Source of the DNA: Candidatus Micrarchaeota archaeon
GTDB taxonomy: Archaea > Micrarchaeota > Micrarchaeia > Anstonellales > Bilamarchaeaceae
Assembly: GCA_016212525.1 (NCBI GenBank)
Contig: JACRGD010000007.1
Coordinates: 284,778-348,777 of the forward strand
DNA: 64,000 bases
Reading direction: 5' to 3'
Shown: piece after piece, positions 38,725-50,700 of the stretch
Numbering within the stretch: the stretch's first letter is position 1
How the letters are laid out: each line of letters begins with the position of its first letter
Translations under genes and position numbers: made by a program
The notes under the pieces: model-generated
The model's input: the letters and a program-made list of their open reading frames with translations, nothing else
What the model was told of the DNA's origin: nothing
The model's database searches: none

Positions 38725-41700
38725 TTAATCACCACTAGTAGATCCTCCATGACGATGCGGAAAGAATAATCTTTCGCCCATTGTTCCAGGGTGGAAACCA
38801 TTTGTTCCGCCATCAGGCATAGCACGACGATTGCTGTCCATATATGCAAAAGGTGCACGAAGAGTAAATGTTGAGTAGCCTTGATTAAGTGGACGGTTCG
38901 CAGGAAGAACAGTGCCATTTGCCATAGTTCTGCTTTCGCCAGATAAAATTACTGGCTCAACGGAGGTGTCAGGCACAAGAGAAGGAGAATCAAGATCGTA
39001 AGAGCGAACTTCAACACCCAGTGGTTCATATCTAGAGCGGAGATTGGCAAGAATCTGGGCCTCAAGTTGTTGTCTTTGTTCAGAGGGAATATCTCTCAAA
39101 CCATAGGCAGGCTGGACCATTATAATGGGCCGACCATCATCGCCAATAAGAAGATTAAGAGTTTGCCGGTATAATGTGTTTGGAGATCCCTCAATTGGAA
39201 TAATTATCTGTCTGATCCAGGGTTGTGCAACAGAACCTACTATTCCTCCAACCACAGGATGTGTGTTTGTCGGGACCTGGCAGGCTTCATTACCAGCCAC
39301 AAGACCATAGCGGAAAGAACGATCGAAATCTCCGGTTTCGCTAACACGATATTGTCGGGTAGAGGAACCATCAGAAACACTAACCGAGAAATCATGGTTG
39401 TTGGTCCACATATTCCAGAGAGCACCAGAATCAACCGATGAATGAGAGCAGACACGATCAAGTTCAGCCCTAAATTCAGGAGGGAATTTAAAGTCCCTAA
39501 AAGTTCCGTTTGCATGGGCTGAGAGTGCACGATCAAGAACTGCGATGGCCTGGGTAAATTGAGCCGAAGTGGAGGTATGGGAACCTATACGCTCGGCCCC
39601 GCCATTAGCTAAAGCAGAGAGAGTATTGCGATAAGTTACATACTGAAGGAAAAGATCGACATTGGAGCTTAGCCATTCTTCAGTAAGATTTGCAGATGGA
39701 ACCAGAGTCCTAAATAGGCGAACACCAGCTTCAATAAATTGATCCGGATGAGCAGAGACACTGGCAATAAATTCGTTCAGTCGTAATGGAGAAATAGCAC
39801 CTGAGCGTGAAAACTCATAGATGCTGTTTATCATGCGGAACCTGCGGTTTATGAAATCGGCCCGGGCATCATCGACAACCCTGCCAGAACCCCTAAGCCG
39901 GCCTAGCTCACCTGATACAGAATCAAATACCCGATTTATTGCATCGGAATGTGCGATTCCAAGCAAACCAGAATAATAAGAGTCAAGAGATGTTTGAGTG
40001 TAGCGGGCAGGAGCAAGAAGACGAACCATAAATCTTCGTGAAGATGCAGGATCACTAAAGGTTGCATATTCCTGAGCATCATGCCTTACATATCCATCAA
40101 AGCGATAACCAACTTGTTCTGCCATGATACGCGGATGATGACCTACCCGCATAGTAGCTAACTCTGGACTAAGAGTAAAGGGAGTTGCAGAAGCAGGAAC
40201 CCCCTCTACAATAAGACCCTGATTACTTGCATCTGTATATTCAGAGCGCTCTCGAGCATAGTTAATTAATAACTGGGCAAAATCGGCATACGCACGATCG
40301 TTTGGCATGGCCTGTCTGATAAGCTTAACATCAAAAACCCTAAATGGATTTGAAGTCTGCGAACCAATCTGGGGACTCCTCAGCATAAGCTCTCCTAGAA
40401 TTGGGAGTCTGCGAATCCTTCTTGGATGCAAATCCCGATTTGCACCGACAACCAGAACTCCACTGTCTCTTGCCTGTGCATCTAATTCAGATACCCGGCC
40501 AAGAAGTTCTTCTGAATGCGAATAGTTTCGAGCGCACAAATCAAGATAGATTGATCTTAAACCCTCTGGCAATCTGGATGCGTCCTCAAGTGCCATCCTA
40601 AACATATTGCCAAGGGCAGCATGAGACTCTGGAGGACTTGATCTAAGGCTAGATGCAAAAAAAGAAAGGACTCCATTAATTGGTTCAAGATTATTTTGAG
40701 GTCTTGGAAACAGACTAAATAGATCAAAGCGCGAATCAGTAGATCCAAGTGCACTACCTACCAAAAGAGAGCTCAGGGATTCGGGATTTGTAACGGCCAG
40801 GCGGGCACAAACATAATAGAGATCGGCTGAACCGGACGTAATAGTAGTGGCATCGAAAGACTCGTATTGACTCCACACACGATATGAATACCTGATTGCC
40901 TCATAATATTCCGAATATACAGAATTAATTCTCTCTAAAGGCACGTGTTCGACAATATAACGGGCAGACTCAACGATACTATCGATACGACTACGATTAG
41001 GCCCGCTAAAACCAACGGCATGTTCAATATCCCGTGAGATCAAAGCAGAAATCATAGATGACTCAAGACAATCAGCCAAAGTCGGCTGCACATGACCTCT
41101 CGCCTGAGCATATCTCATAGCCAGAGCGGCACCAACCGCCAAATCAGGATCCGCATGCGGATTTGAAGCGGCTTGCTGAATCTGCTGGGCCCGGGACACC
41201 AGATCAGCGGAAATTTGGATTAGACGTGCAGTATAAGACAAAGAGGAACTTTCATTAGGGTAACCAAAAACAATATCCCTAAACATAGGATCTGACCTAT
41301 GAGATATAAAAAATTCCAGGGCAGGAGCATACTGGGCAGCTGCAACATCAGGAGCAACACCATGCGCAACTGCATCTCGAACCAGATCGCGCATTGCAAT
41401 AACAAGCGGCCCTCCTCTTTGAGCAACTATTTGGTCTGCTTGAGCACAAAGTTCGCGACCCAATGAAGATTCAGGAACATTTCTTAGGCGCCCTACAGAA
41501 GCGGCATAGTCAGGATGAACGCGCTCAACTTCCCGCATAGTAAGATTACCACTACGAACTTCATCAACCAGACGCCAGAGAAAAATTCCTACAGTTCGAT
41601 TATCATCGGTTAGATGGGGCATGAGCAAACTTCTCACTCTGGCCCAGGCCTGCTCGTTTGAGACAATATTGTGAACAACATCACGCTCGAGTGCTTCCAC

Positions 41701-44700
41701 AGTTGCCAGATCAACATTTGTTGAATTTGCTAAAATAGACTGAGCAACCACGCGAACAGATGGAGATGGAGGAGCAATAGAAGCTACTGGTTCAGAGGTT
41801 TGAGGTGCCCTGGCAGAAGCTCTCTGATCCAGAGCAGCCAAGGCACTGGAAATACCCGCCCTATAATAGGAGGCCCTTTCTTCAGAAGACACAGACGCGG
41901 GATCTACACACCGGACATAAATAGATGATTTTTCTTCTCCACGCTTAAGAGTAAAGCGAACATATGTTTCATCACCTACCTGAACGGCGCCATCGAATCG
42001 ATAGGCTGCACCATCAGAAGCAGTAACCTGAACAGCCCCAGGACTTAGATCGGACCCAAGAACTGCGCCAGGACTCCTTGCACGGCCACTAACAACAACT
42101 GCAGATTCTGGAAGATCAAGTAAAAAGTCGGCACTTGAGGTGGAAGTTGAGGTTGTAGTAGTCGATGAGGCCTGGGAAACCGGAGCAGTCCGAGACATTA
42201 CTGGAGGTTGAGGAGTCCGTGTGCTTGTGGCATCAGGCATGGCAGAGCGATTCTCGCCATCAGCGACGCCGGCAGCGAGCTGAGCTAGAGGTTCTGCCAC
42301 CTCCTGAACAGGAATCCTTGGAGCAACACGTGTTTCAACGCGATTAGGCCTTTGTGGAGAGGGTCTTTGATTTGGCGGAACAGTAGGCAACTCATCAACT
42401 TCGATAACTTCCGGCTCAGAACCGGGAGGATTGATTGTGGTTGGTCCCTGATGCCTGGCCGATTCGGCAAGCGGTCCCGGTCGTGCAGAAGCATCAAACA
42501 AATCTACACCAGTGTGTACCCGAAGCTCGTCTGCAGTAGTAAAGAACCGATCTGCATTTTCCCGGCTAACTCTGCCCGCAGACACTTCCACATCTAATCT
42601 TGCACGGACATATTCACGGTAGCCCGAACCATAACTCGCTCGTTGCTCAGCGGTAATAGTACCGGCAGTAACCATCGCATCCAGATCATGGTTCATCTGC
42701 TCCTGGGTAGTATGACGACCTTCAAGAACCATATAGCCGAACTGATTTGATACACCAAGTTCGGGATGATTGGGGTCATTAATTCCATAACCAACCCACT
42801 GGCCAGCAGTATTTGCCCGATAAAGAGCAGCTGCAACTTCGTACATATTATGAACATCGTTTCCGCTAATGTTTGGATCACTCTGCATGCCTAAATGAAG
42901 AAGGGCAACATCAGCAGCACCCTGCTCGAGCTGATTGTGCTGGGCTCGTGCCTGGGGAGTTCCCATTTCATTTTGCAGGTTTGCCATTTCATCTGCATGC
43001 ATTGTGAAGCGATAATTATTACGTGCAATTGGACGAGGGGCAACGTTTCCCTGATAGGTGAGATTGGCAACTGATGGAACTGCTCCAAGACCTCCAGTTG
43101 CAGTTGCAAGGCCATAAACTCCTCCATCATGATCTGCAAGGACACGCGCACGCGCTGCGGCCATTTCCGGAGTAACCGGACGTGGGGTCGATGAAACGTC
43201 CCTAGACGCAACTGCGGCGGAATGTGCAACCTCAACCGGAGTAACGGCAACCGGATCCTCTGGATGTGATGCATTGTAATTATCCAGACCAGTAGTAACA
43301 TCGCCTATCAAAAACTCAGAAGAGGCATTTCCAAAGTCCCGGTGCAACACAGAAACATCATGAACAGGATTTCCATTTGCATCACGGACCTGCTGGCCGT
43401 TTTGCATAACCGGCTCGATGCGCATTGCGACTCCATCCATATCAATCGCAACCGCTGCAGTTCGTACAACCGTGCCGTCTCTTAATCGACCTACAGCATA
43501 ACCGCTGTTGGCAGAACGACGATCGCCAAGTGCAATTTCACTTGCGGCATTATGATAATCATAAAGACTTCTGAAAAATTCGGATCGACCTTCTTCAGTT
43601 CGCATCTCATCGTAGAAAGCACGAACTGCCGGAGCTGATCTTGGATCATTCAATGCAACAGATGGCTCGTCAATTATCTCATCACTCATGAGGGCAAGAC
43701 CATCGATATACATTTCCCTTATTGTCCCATCAGGCATTCGGACATTCTGCCAGGTTCCAACTAAATCATGGATGTCCTGCATAATTCCGTAGTTGACCTG
43801 CTCGGGATTTCCACTCTGATAGGTTCTTCCATTTTCAAATGTATAGCCATGATAATGACGGGCAGTAAGAATACCTTGTGTACGGGCCAACTCTTCACCC
43901 AGCGCGGCAGCCTGTAGATCCTCAGTTTTGACAAATATTCTTCGAGTAGTTGATGGAGCACCATTTTCCCCGGGAATTTCAAGAGTAACTGCATATGCAC
44001 CACTAAGCCCTGCACGATAACTAACCCCGGTTATAGATGCCCTCTCAAATCCAGGTATCGTATGAATATTGTGTTCAAGTCCGCCAAGGGCAACCAAATC
44101 TGCAAATGCGCGGGCACCCTCAAGAGCCTGTGCCATAGTAAGGGAAGTAGGCTCACGATAAGTAATTCCACGAGAAGCCAAAAAGCCACAAATTCCCTCG
44201 AACTCGATTCGTTGCGGGACATTTAATCGGGCGATATTATTTACAGAGTGCTTCATTGCCGCAGTACCTGAAGAAACAAATGATGCTCTTAATTGTTGAA
44301 ATTGTTCCGGGGTTGCACCATGAGAAGTCAGAAGTGCATCCAGAGCATCAAGATTTCCCCCTGATAAAAAGGCATCACGCAGCTGGTTTTTGAGGGCATC
44401 CCTTCTCGCACCTGGTTCGTGAATTAGTGCGGTCGCTATTGCATCTGCACCACCTTCTGCATATTGCCTAAGAAGCATTCTTTGCATTTCTGGATTAATT
44501 GGTCCATGACCTTCTGCTGCAAAGGACATTTGCGCCCGCATCTGATCAACTGAAGCAGTTGCACCAGCCTGATCTAAAGTATGATTTAAGGCAGTTGTAG
44601 TATCAGCCAGACTAGTATTAAGACCCGCAAAACCGGAAGTTCTTAGTGCTTCAGTGAGCGCAGGAACATCAAAACCCAAAGCCGTCAGTTGAGGGGCAAC

Positions 44701-47700
44701 CGCAGGAATGCCACGATCAACATAGCCATTTCTCAGAGATTCTGCTGCATTTGGAGAATAATGCTGAGCCCTTCTTTCGCTTTCAGTAGTAGTTGTAGGG
44801 TTAGTACGCACTCGGCCACTTTCATTAAATGCAGTAACCCAGTCGTGGAAGAATCGCTGTTGTTGCAATGGATTTCGTTCGGCAAGACCAACTGCAAGGC
44901 TTCTTGCAAGAACCGGGTTTCCAGAAAATGATCGCAATGAATCGACCACAAGTCTTCCGGTTTCTTGACCCAATAGTTCGATCGCCCGGGCTTCGAATTG
45001 AGGCGAATTGATAGAGCGAATCAGATCTCTTCCTTGCTTTATCGATCCGTTTGGAGCGCGAAGATACTGATCTGAGAGAGTTGCAAGACCTTCTGCAGCA
45101 TGAGGATCCAAAAGTGCATGTGCCATATTAACCGCACGCTCTGCATATTCGGTCTCGGGTCTAGGCATCTGTGGCATCCGTGGAGCTGGCTGCTCACTAA
45201 ATCGGGCATAGGCAGTAGAAACCAACCCCGGTTCGCTAGCAGTACCGATTCCAAAGCCCCGCATATAAGCCTGGAATTGGGCAGGTGTTCCGCGAGCTGC
45301 GGCCCTAAATGCCTCGTTGGAAGTAAGCAAGCGAACGGCTTCCTGCCCAGAGGAAGATAGAGTTGCCAGAAGTGGATCGACACTACCCTCACGACGAACT
45401 GCCGCACGGGCCAGTGCTGCAAGATCTTCAACAGAGCGAATTTCAGATGGAACAGTAAACTCATGTCTTCTTCTTTGCTCAGCACGCCTGAGTCTGGCAA
45501 GCGGATCGGCGCGGGGAACGGAAGTTGTAGAAGTAACACCGGGAGCAACCGGCCTAAGCGGCGCTGGAGTAGCTGCAACCGGCGCAGGCAGAACTCCCGC
45601 CCTCACAAGCGCCTCATGGGTCAATCGTAATCTCACCGGATCAGTAGCCCGCTGGAATTCAGGACGATTAGAAAGTTCGGCTACAACGCGAGCAGTATTC
45701 AAAGTACCAAGTGGATTGGAATTTGCAGCTGGATCCATAACACGCAGATTTCGAAATGCTACCTGCTCAGTAACCGGACCGGAACTACTTGCAAGTGCAG
45801 CAGCACGGACAACCTGAGCAGTTTGAGTATCTGAAATCGGAATTGTAGTAAAATCATTGGCATATGCTACTGCAGCAAGTTCAGAAGTGCGACTATTCGC
45901 TCGCATAACTGGAGCATATACTTCATGAATCGCCAGTGCAACTACAGCCATTGCAGGCGTGAGAGTTGGTGAAGTTGTAACTGGAGCTTCAAGAGGACGA
46001 ATGGCAACAGGAACTTGCCTGGCAGTGCCAAGAACCCGAGTCTGTGGAGCGACCCGGGCAGTAGTTGGAGAAGTACCATTAAGACCAGAAACAAATTCTG
46101 GATTCGAAAGCAAAAGGAGCGCGAGAGTTCCGACATCTGCAGGCAGACCAGCCAGGCCAGCTGCACGCTGAGCCTGCTCACGGGTTACCACTGCTGTTGA
46201 TGAACCCCGCTGCTCATGCAAAGAAGTTGCAAGAGCAACTGCAGATCGTAAATTTTCCCGCTCTGCCGGAGGCATGTTTGCAAATACAGGATCAGATGAA
46301 TTTGAACCGGAAAATAGACGCTCTCTAGTACGCGCAAAGTTTTCCCTTGCAGCAGAAACGAAATCAGTAAGTTCGGGAGTAACACTTGAGTAGCCTTCCA
46401 AAGTACCTATGAGTGCCTGGGTATTTGGCAATGTCTCGGATTCAGAAATATGATGCGCAAGGAACAGCCGCTCGCCTGCGCTCAAATAGCGACCCAAAGT
46501 CGCCTCCACTGAACGAAGAGCTGCCTGACTAGAAGCCGGAAGAGCACCAAGTATTGCATCTGCATGCGCCTCATAAGCAGCAATTGCATGTGATAGAGCA
46601 ACCGGATCCCGGGCCAGTGCACTGCCCTCGCCAGAAATCATACGCAAAACATCATGACGTAATTCGAGACTGTCTGGAACTCCTGAGAGTGCCATTGCCC
46701 GATTGAAGTTCTCGCGCGTCTGTGCATCGAGGGATTGTGAAAGAGTTCTGACCCGCTCCGAAAGTCGGGCATTGTACATTTGAGCGGCCTGGTATCGATT
46801 GACACCGAAAAATCCAGCCATTGCAAATCGATAAGCTCTTGCACGGAAACTCGTTCCGAAAACCAATGAAGAATTGGCCTCACCGACAAGCTGGAAACCG
46901 CGCATCAAGCCAGGCTGGGCAGCATTGAAGAAAATCAGGCCATATTCAAATAGACCGGCTCCAGGATCACTATGCCATGTTTCATAAACAGAGCCCACAC
47001 CGATCGCAACTCCGCCAAGGCCCATAAAATAGGCCAGACCAGTATTGACTCGTTGGAGATTGAGAAGGGTGGCTTCGCCAACTAGGGCAGTCCCGCTAGG
47101 TGCGAGTTCGCCGCCAAGTTCAGTTGCCAGTCCACCTAAACCATGACTAACTACACCAATGCCGGCAAGCGCAATCCCACCAAGTCCCAAAACCCTCTGA
47201 AGAGTAGTGAGATTCTCTGCACCGCCAACAGCTCGGGCCTGATCGAAATAACCGAAGGTCGATTCGCCAAGGAAGAATGGCGCAACAAGAACACCAAAAC
47301 CAGTTGCAGAGGCAAAACCTGCACCAAGAATTCTTCCAGCCATAGCTACATTTGAATAAACCCGCTCGCGCCGAACACCGCGCTCGACAAACTCCGCTGA
47401 ATCATAACGCTGGGTTCTTGCATTATCAACGTTGGTTTCAATTGTCATAAGCTGGCCGGGACTAAGAACGCCACCGGGGCTTTGTGTAATTGTGGCAAAC
47501 GCAGTTCCCAAAAATCCGAATGATCTGGTAAGTGAATCGAATGAGGATTGAGCCTGCCTTGCAGACACAGAGCCCCTAAAAGTCAAATTAGTCGCACTGA
47601 ATCCCGGAGTAAGAGTCGCAACTGTATTTGTGAAATCATCATCAACCTGCTCACTGATAGAAAGAATGCGATCGATATGACGTCTCTGATCAACAGTATA

Positions 47701-50700
47701 TGAAACCGGACGATAATGAACGCGCGCAGTCGGATCAGTATTTGGGATAGCGGCAAAGCCCAGATCAGCAAATACAGCAGCAGTATGGACATCGGTGAGT
47801 GTCAGACGTGCAGGTAATCCAAGTAGGGAATACCTTTGATTCAACTGATCGGCACGTAATTGTCTAAATTGAGAAGGCAAGGTACCGTCTTCAATGGAAG
47901 CGGCAACGTGAGTTGGATCTGCAATTGCACTGCCACCAAGCAGACCAAATTGATGCGCGCGATCTCGCATGACCGTGGCACCTTGAGGATCTAAGCGACC
48001 TGCAGCGTAGAGCCGATCTGCAGCAGCAAGAACAGTTGATTCTTCGCTTGCCATATGAAGTGCAACGTCACGTGCAGTCTCAGTTACTGATAAACGTCTA
48101 AGTCCATCAACATGATCTGCCTGAACCAAAAGGAACCGCTCTGCAGTTTCGCTAAGATCGCCCCGCGCTCGCAATAGACCAGTTCCACGGCGAAGCAGAT
48201 CAGGATGATGCAAAAGATAATCCATGACAGCAGTATCGCCACCAGTTTGAAGGGCATCGGCGAGTGCGTGCATGTGAACTGCGTATTGACGATCAACTCC
48301 GCCAAGGCCACGAGTCGGACCCGCGTCGCCCAGTTCAGTTACAATGCTTCGTGTGATCTCAATTGGAACCATATCACTTGCAGAGTTAAGATTTTCCCGC
48401 GCAGCAGCAAGAGCATGTGCTCGCTGCTCGGCTGCATTTGCATCAGCAGTTGCAGTGGCTGCAACCTGATCCAGATTTGCATCGCGCCGAACCTGTGCAC
48501 CATTTGGACTTAGAGTCCGATGGCCATGCGCATCAACATCATAATACACCCCTGCATATTGGCGGGCAGCAGCACGAAGAGCATCGGCAGTCCTTTGATT
48601 AGCCGTCTCCATATTGTAGAGCGTCTGACGCCCCTGATAAGTGGGAATAATGTTGGTTGAAAGATCATCGAAAAGCAGGTTGCCCGCCTGGACATGACCC
48701 GCCTCAATTTGACGTAGGGCCCGACCGGCCTGTCCCAAGAGGAACGCAGTGTCAAATTCTGCCATGCTTCCAGCTTCACGCTCCTCTGGACTGGCCTGTG
48801 CCAGCAGAACATCATGAGCACCAAATAGACCGACACGGATACTGCGCTCTCGAACCCGACCAGCTACACGCATTATTAATCGCTGTGCAGCTGCCAAATG
48901 ACCAGACCGGGCCTCGACTCTTGCACGCTCAAGATCATTATGTAAAGCCTGACCATCCACAATTGCAGTCGTGGTCGGGGCCAGATGATATCCGCCATCG
49001 CCATGAAGAACTACTTCCCGATCATGCATGACTCTGCCTGAAGAATCAGTAACCGAGGCAACAAGTTCCGTAACACTGCCATCAGCAGAAGTCGCAGTTC
49101 GCACAAGCCGGGCAGCCATATTGCGAATCGCAATAATTCGGGTTACCTGAGCATAGCCGGAACTAAAATCATGTCCTGCATCGCGAAGCCGATCCTGATT
49201 CAATTGGACAAACCCCGAACTCATAGGTTCAGTTCTGGATCCAACTTCAGAAATAGTTTGCTCGAAATTATCAGCAGCCCGAACCAATGCGAATCGGCCT
49301 GCAGTAGAGGGAACTGAACCGGCTGAAGTTACAACGTCCCGATGGAGCATGAAAGTTGCATTAGAGAGACCCAGACTGGCCTGATGCAGCATATTTGCCT
49401 GGGCCGTTAAATCCCGCGCATGCCTGCGCAAAATTTCGATCGCAAAGGCCTGATCATCATGGCCGGTTTCCCTCCTTGCAGTTTCTATTGCCGCAGCATA
49501 TTCAGGGCCACTTAGAGTAATTGCTGCCCTCTGATACAAAGCAGCTTCTGCAAATCTCGCCCCTGCCAGGTCGAGTGCACCCTGTGCATGAGTCATCCGC
49601 TCGCTTGCACGCACTGGATCAATAAGAGCTGCTTCACGGGAATAGAGAAGCATGTGAGAGGGGTTGGATGCACCAGAAGAAAATCTTCTTAATCGTGCAG
49701 ACTCACGCGCATAAGCCCTGGAAGTCGCTCCAAGAGCCATAGACTGGGTTCGCAATTCTGCACGAGCGTGCTCAAGCCGCATTTCCAAAGCGGAAAGATC
49801 GGCTTCTAAAATTTCACAAAGCTGGATTTGTGCAGAAAGAGCCTCGGAATAGACATGAGGCTCGCCATTTTCATTACGAACCATTGATGAACTACGCTGG
49901 CCCTCATAGCTCAGAGAAGGATTAAGTGACAGAATAATTGCACCGAAACTTTCTCCAGAGCGCATGCGGCGCTCCAGTTCAGCAAGTGGAGGAATTTGGA
50001 TTCCACTGGAAGTAGTAAAACCATGTTCATATTGGGCTGCAATTGTTGGATCATGACTAGCTGCAGCAAGAGTAACACTGTCAGCCATTGCACCAAGGAC
50101 TCCGATGTTTGCGCCCTGGCCGTTTTGAACCTCTAATAGAGAAAGTCGGGTAAAGCGGCCAAACATTGCACGTGCAGCCGGATCAGTAATTGCAGCAAGA
50201 GGAGCGCCACGGCTTAGATAGATCTGAGCTGCATTAAGTGATTCAGTTACGTTGGAATAGGTATTTGGATTGTTAATATTTCGACCAATTTCCAAGCGAT
50301 CCGGAGAATTGGTAGAATATGCCTGTGCAAATAGAAGAGCTGAAACTGCATGTGGCAAATCAGAAGTGAAGATCGAATCAAGTGCTGCTGCATAGTAACG
50401 GGCGGCATCTGCACGATTAGCAGGCGGTGCATGCGAAAGCGATTCGCGGGCATTTTCCAATTGAGATGAATACGAAGCGATTACTGGAGCAGATTGATCT
50501 GGACCAGATATCGCAATATGCCGAATCTGGGCAGAACTACCAAACAAAAGCGCAGTAGCCAAACGTAGTCTTTGCAGCTCTGAATCAGCAATTGTTTCAC
50601 CCCTATTGAGAATAGAAAGGGCATCATTAAGACGACCCAAAAGCCTCTGATATGCAGGATAGAGTTCACCGCATGCACGACGGTTTCTACATAAGACCTC

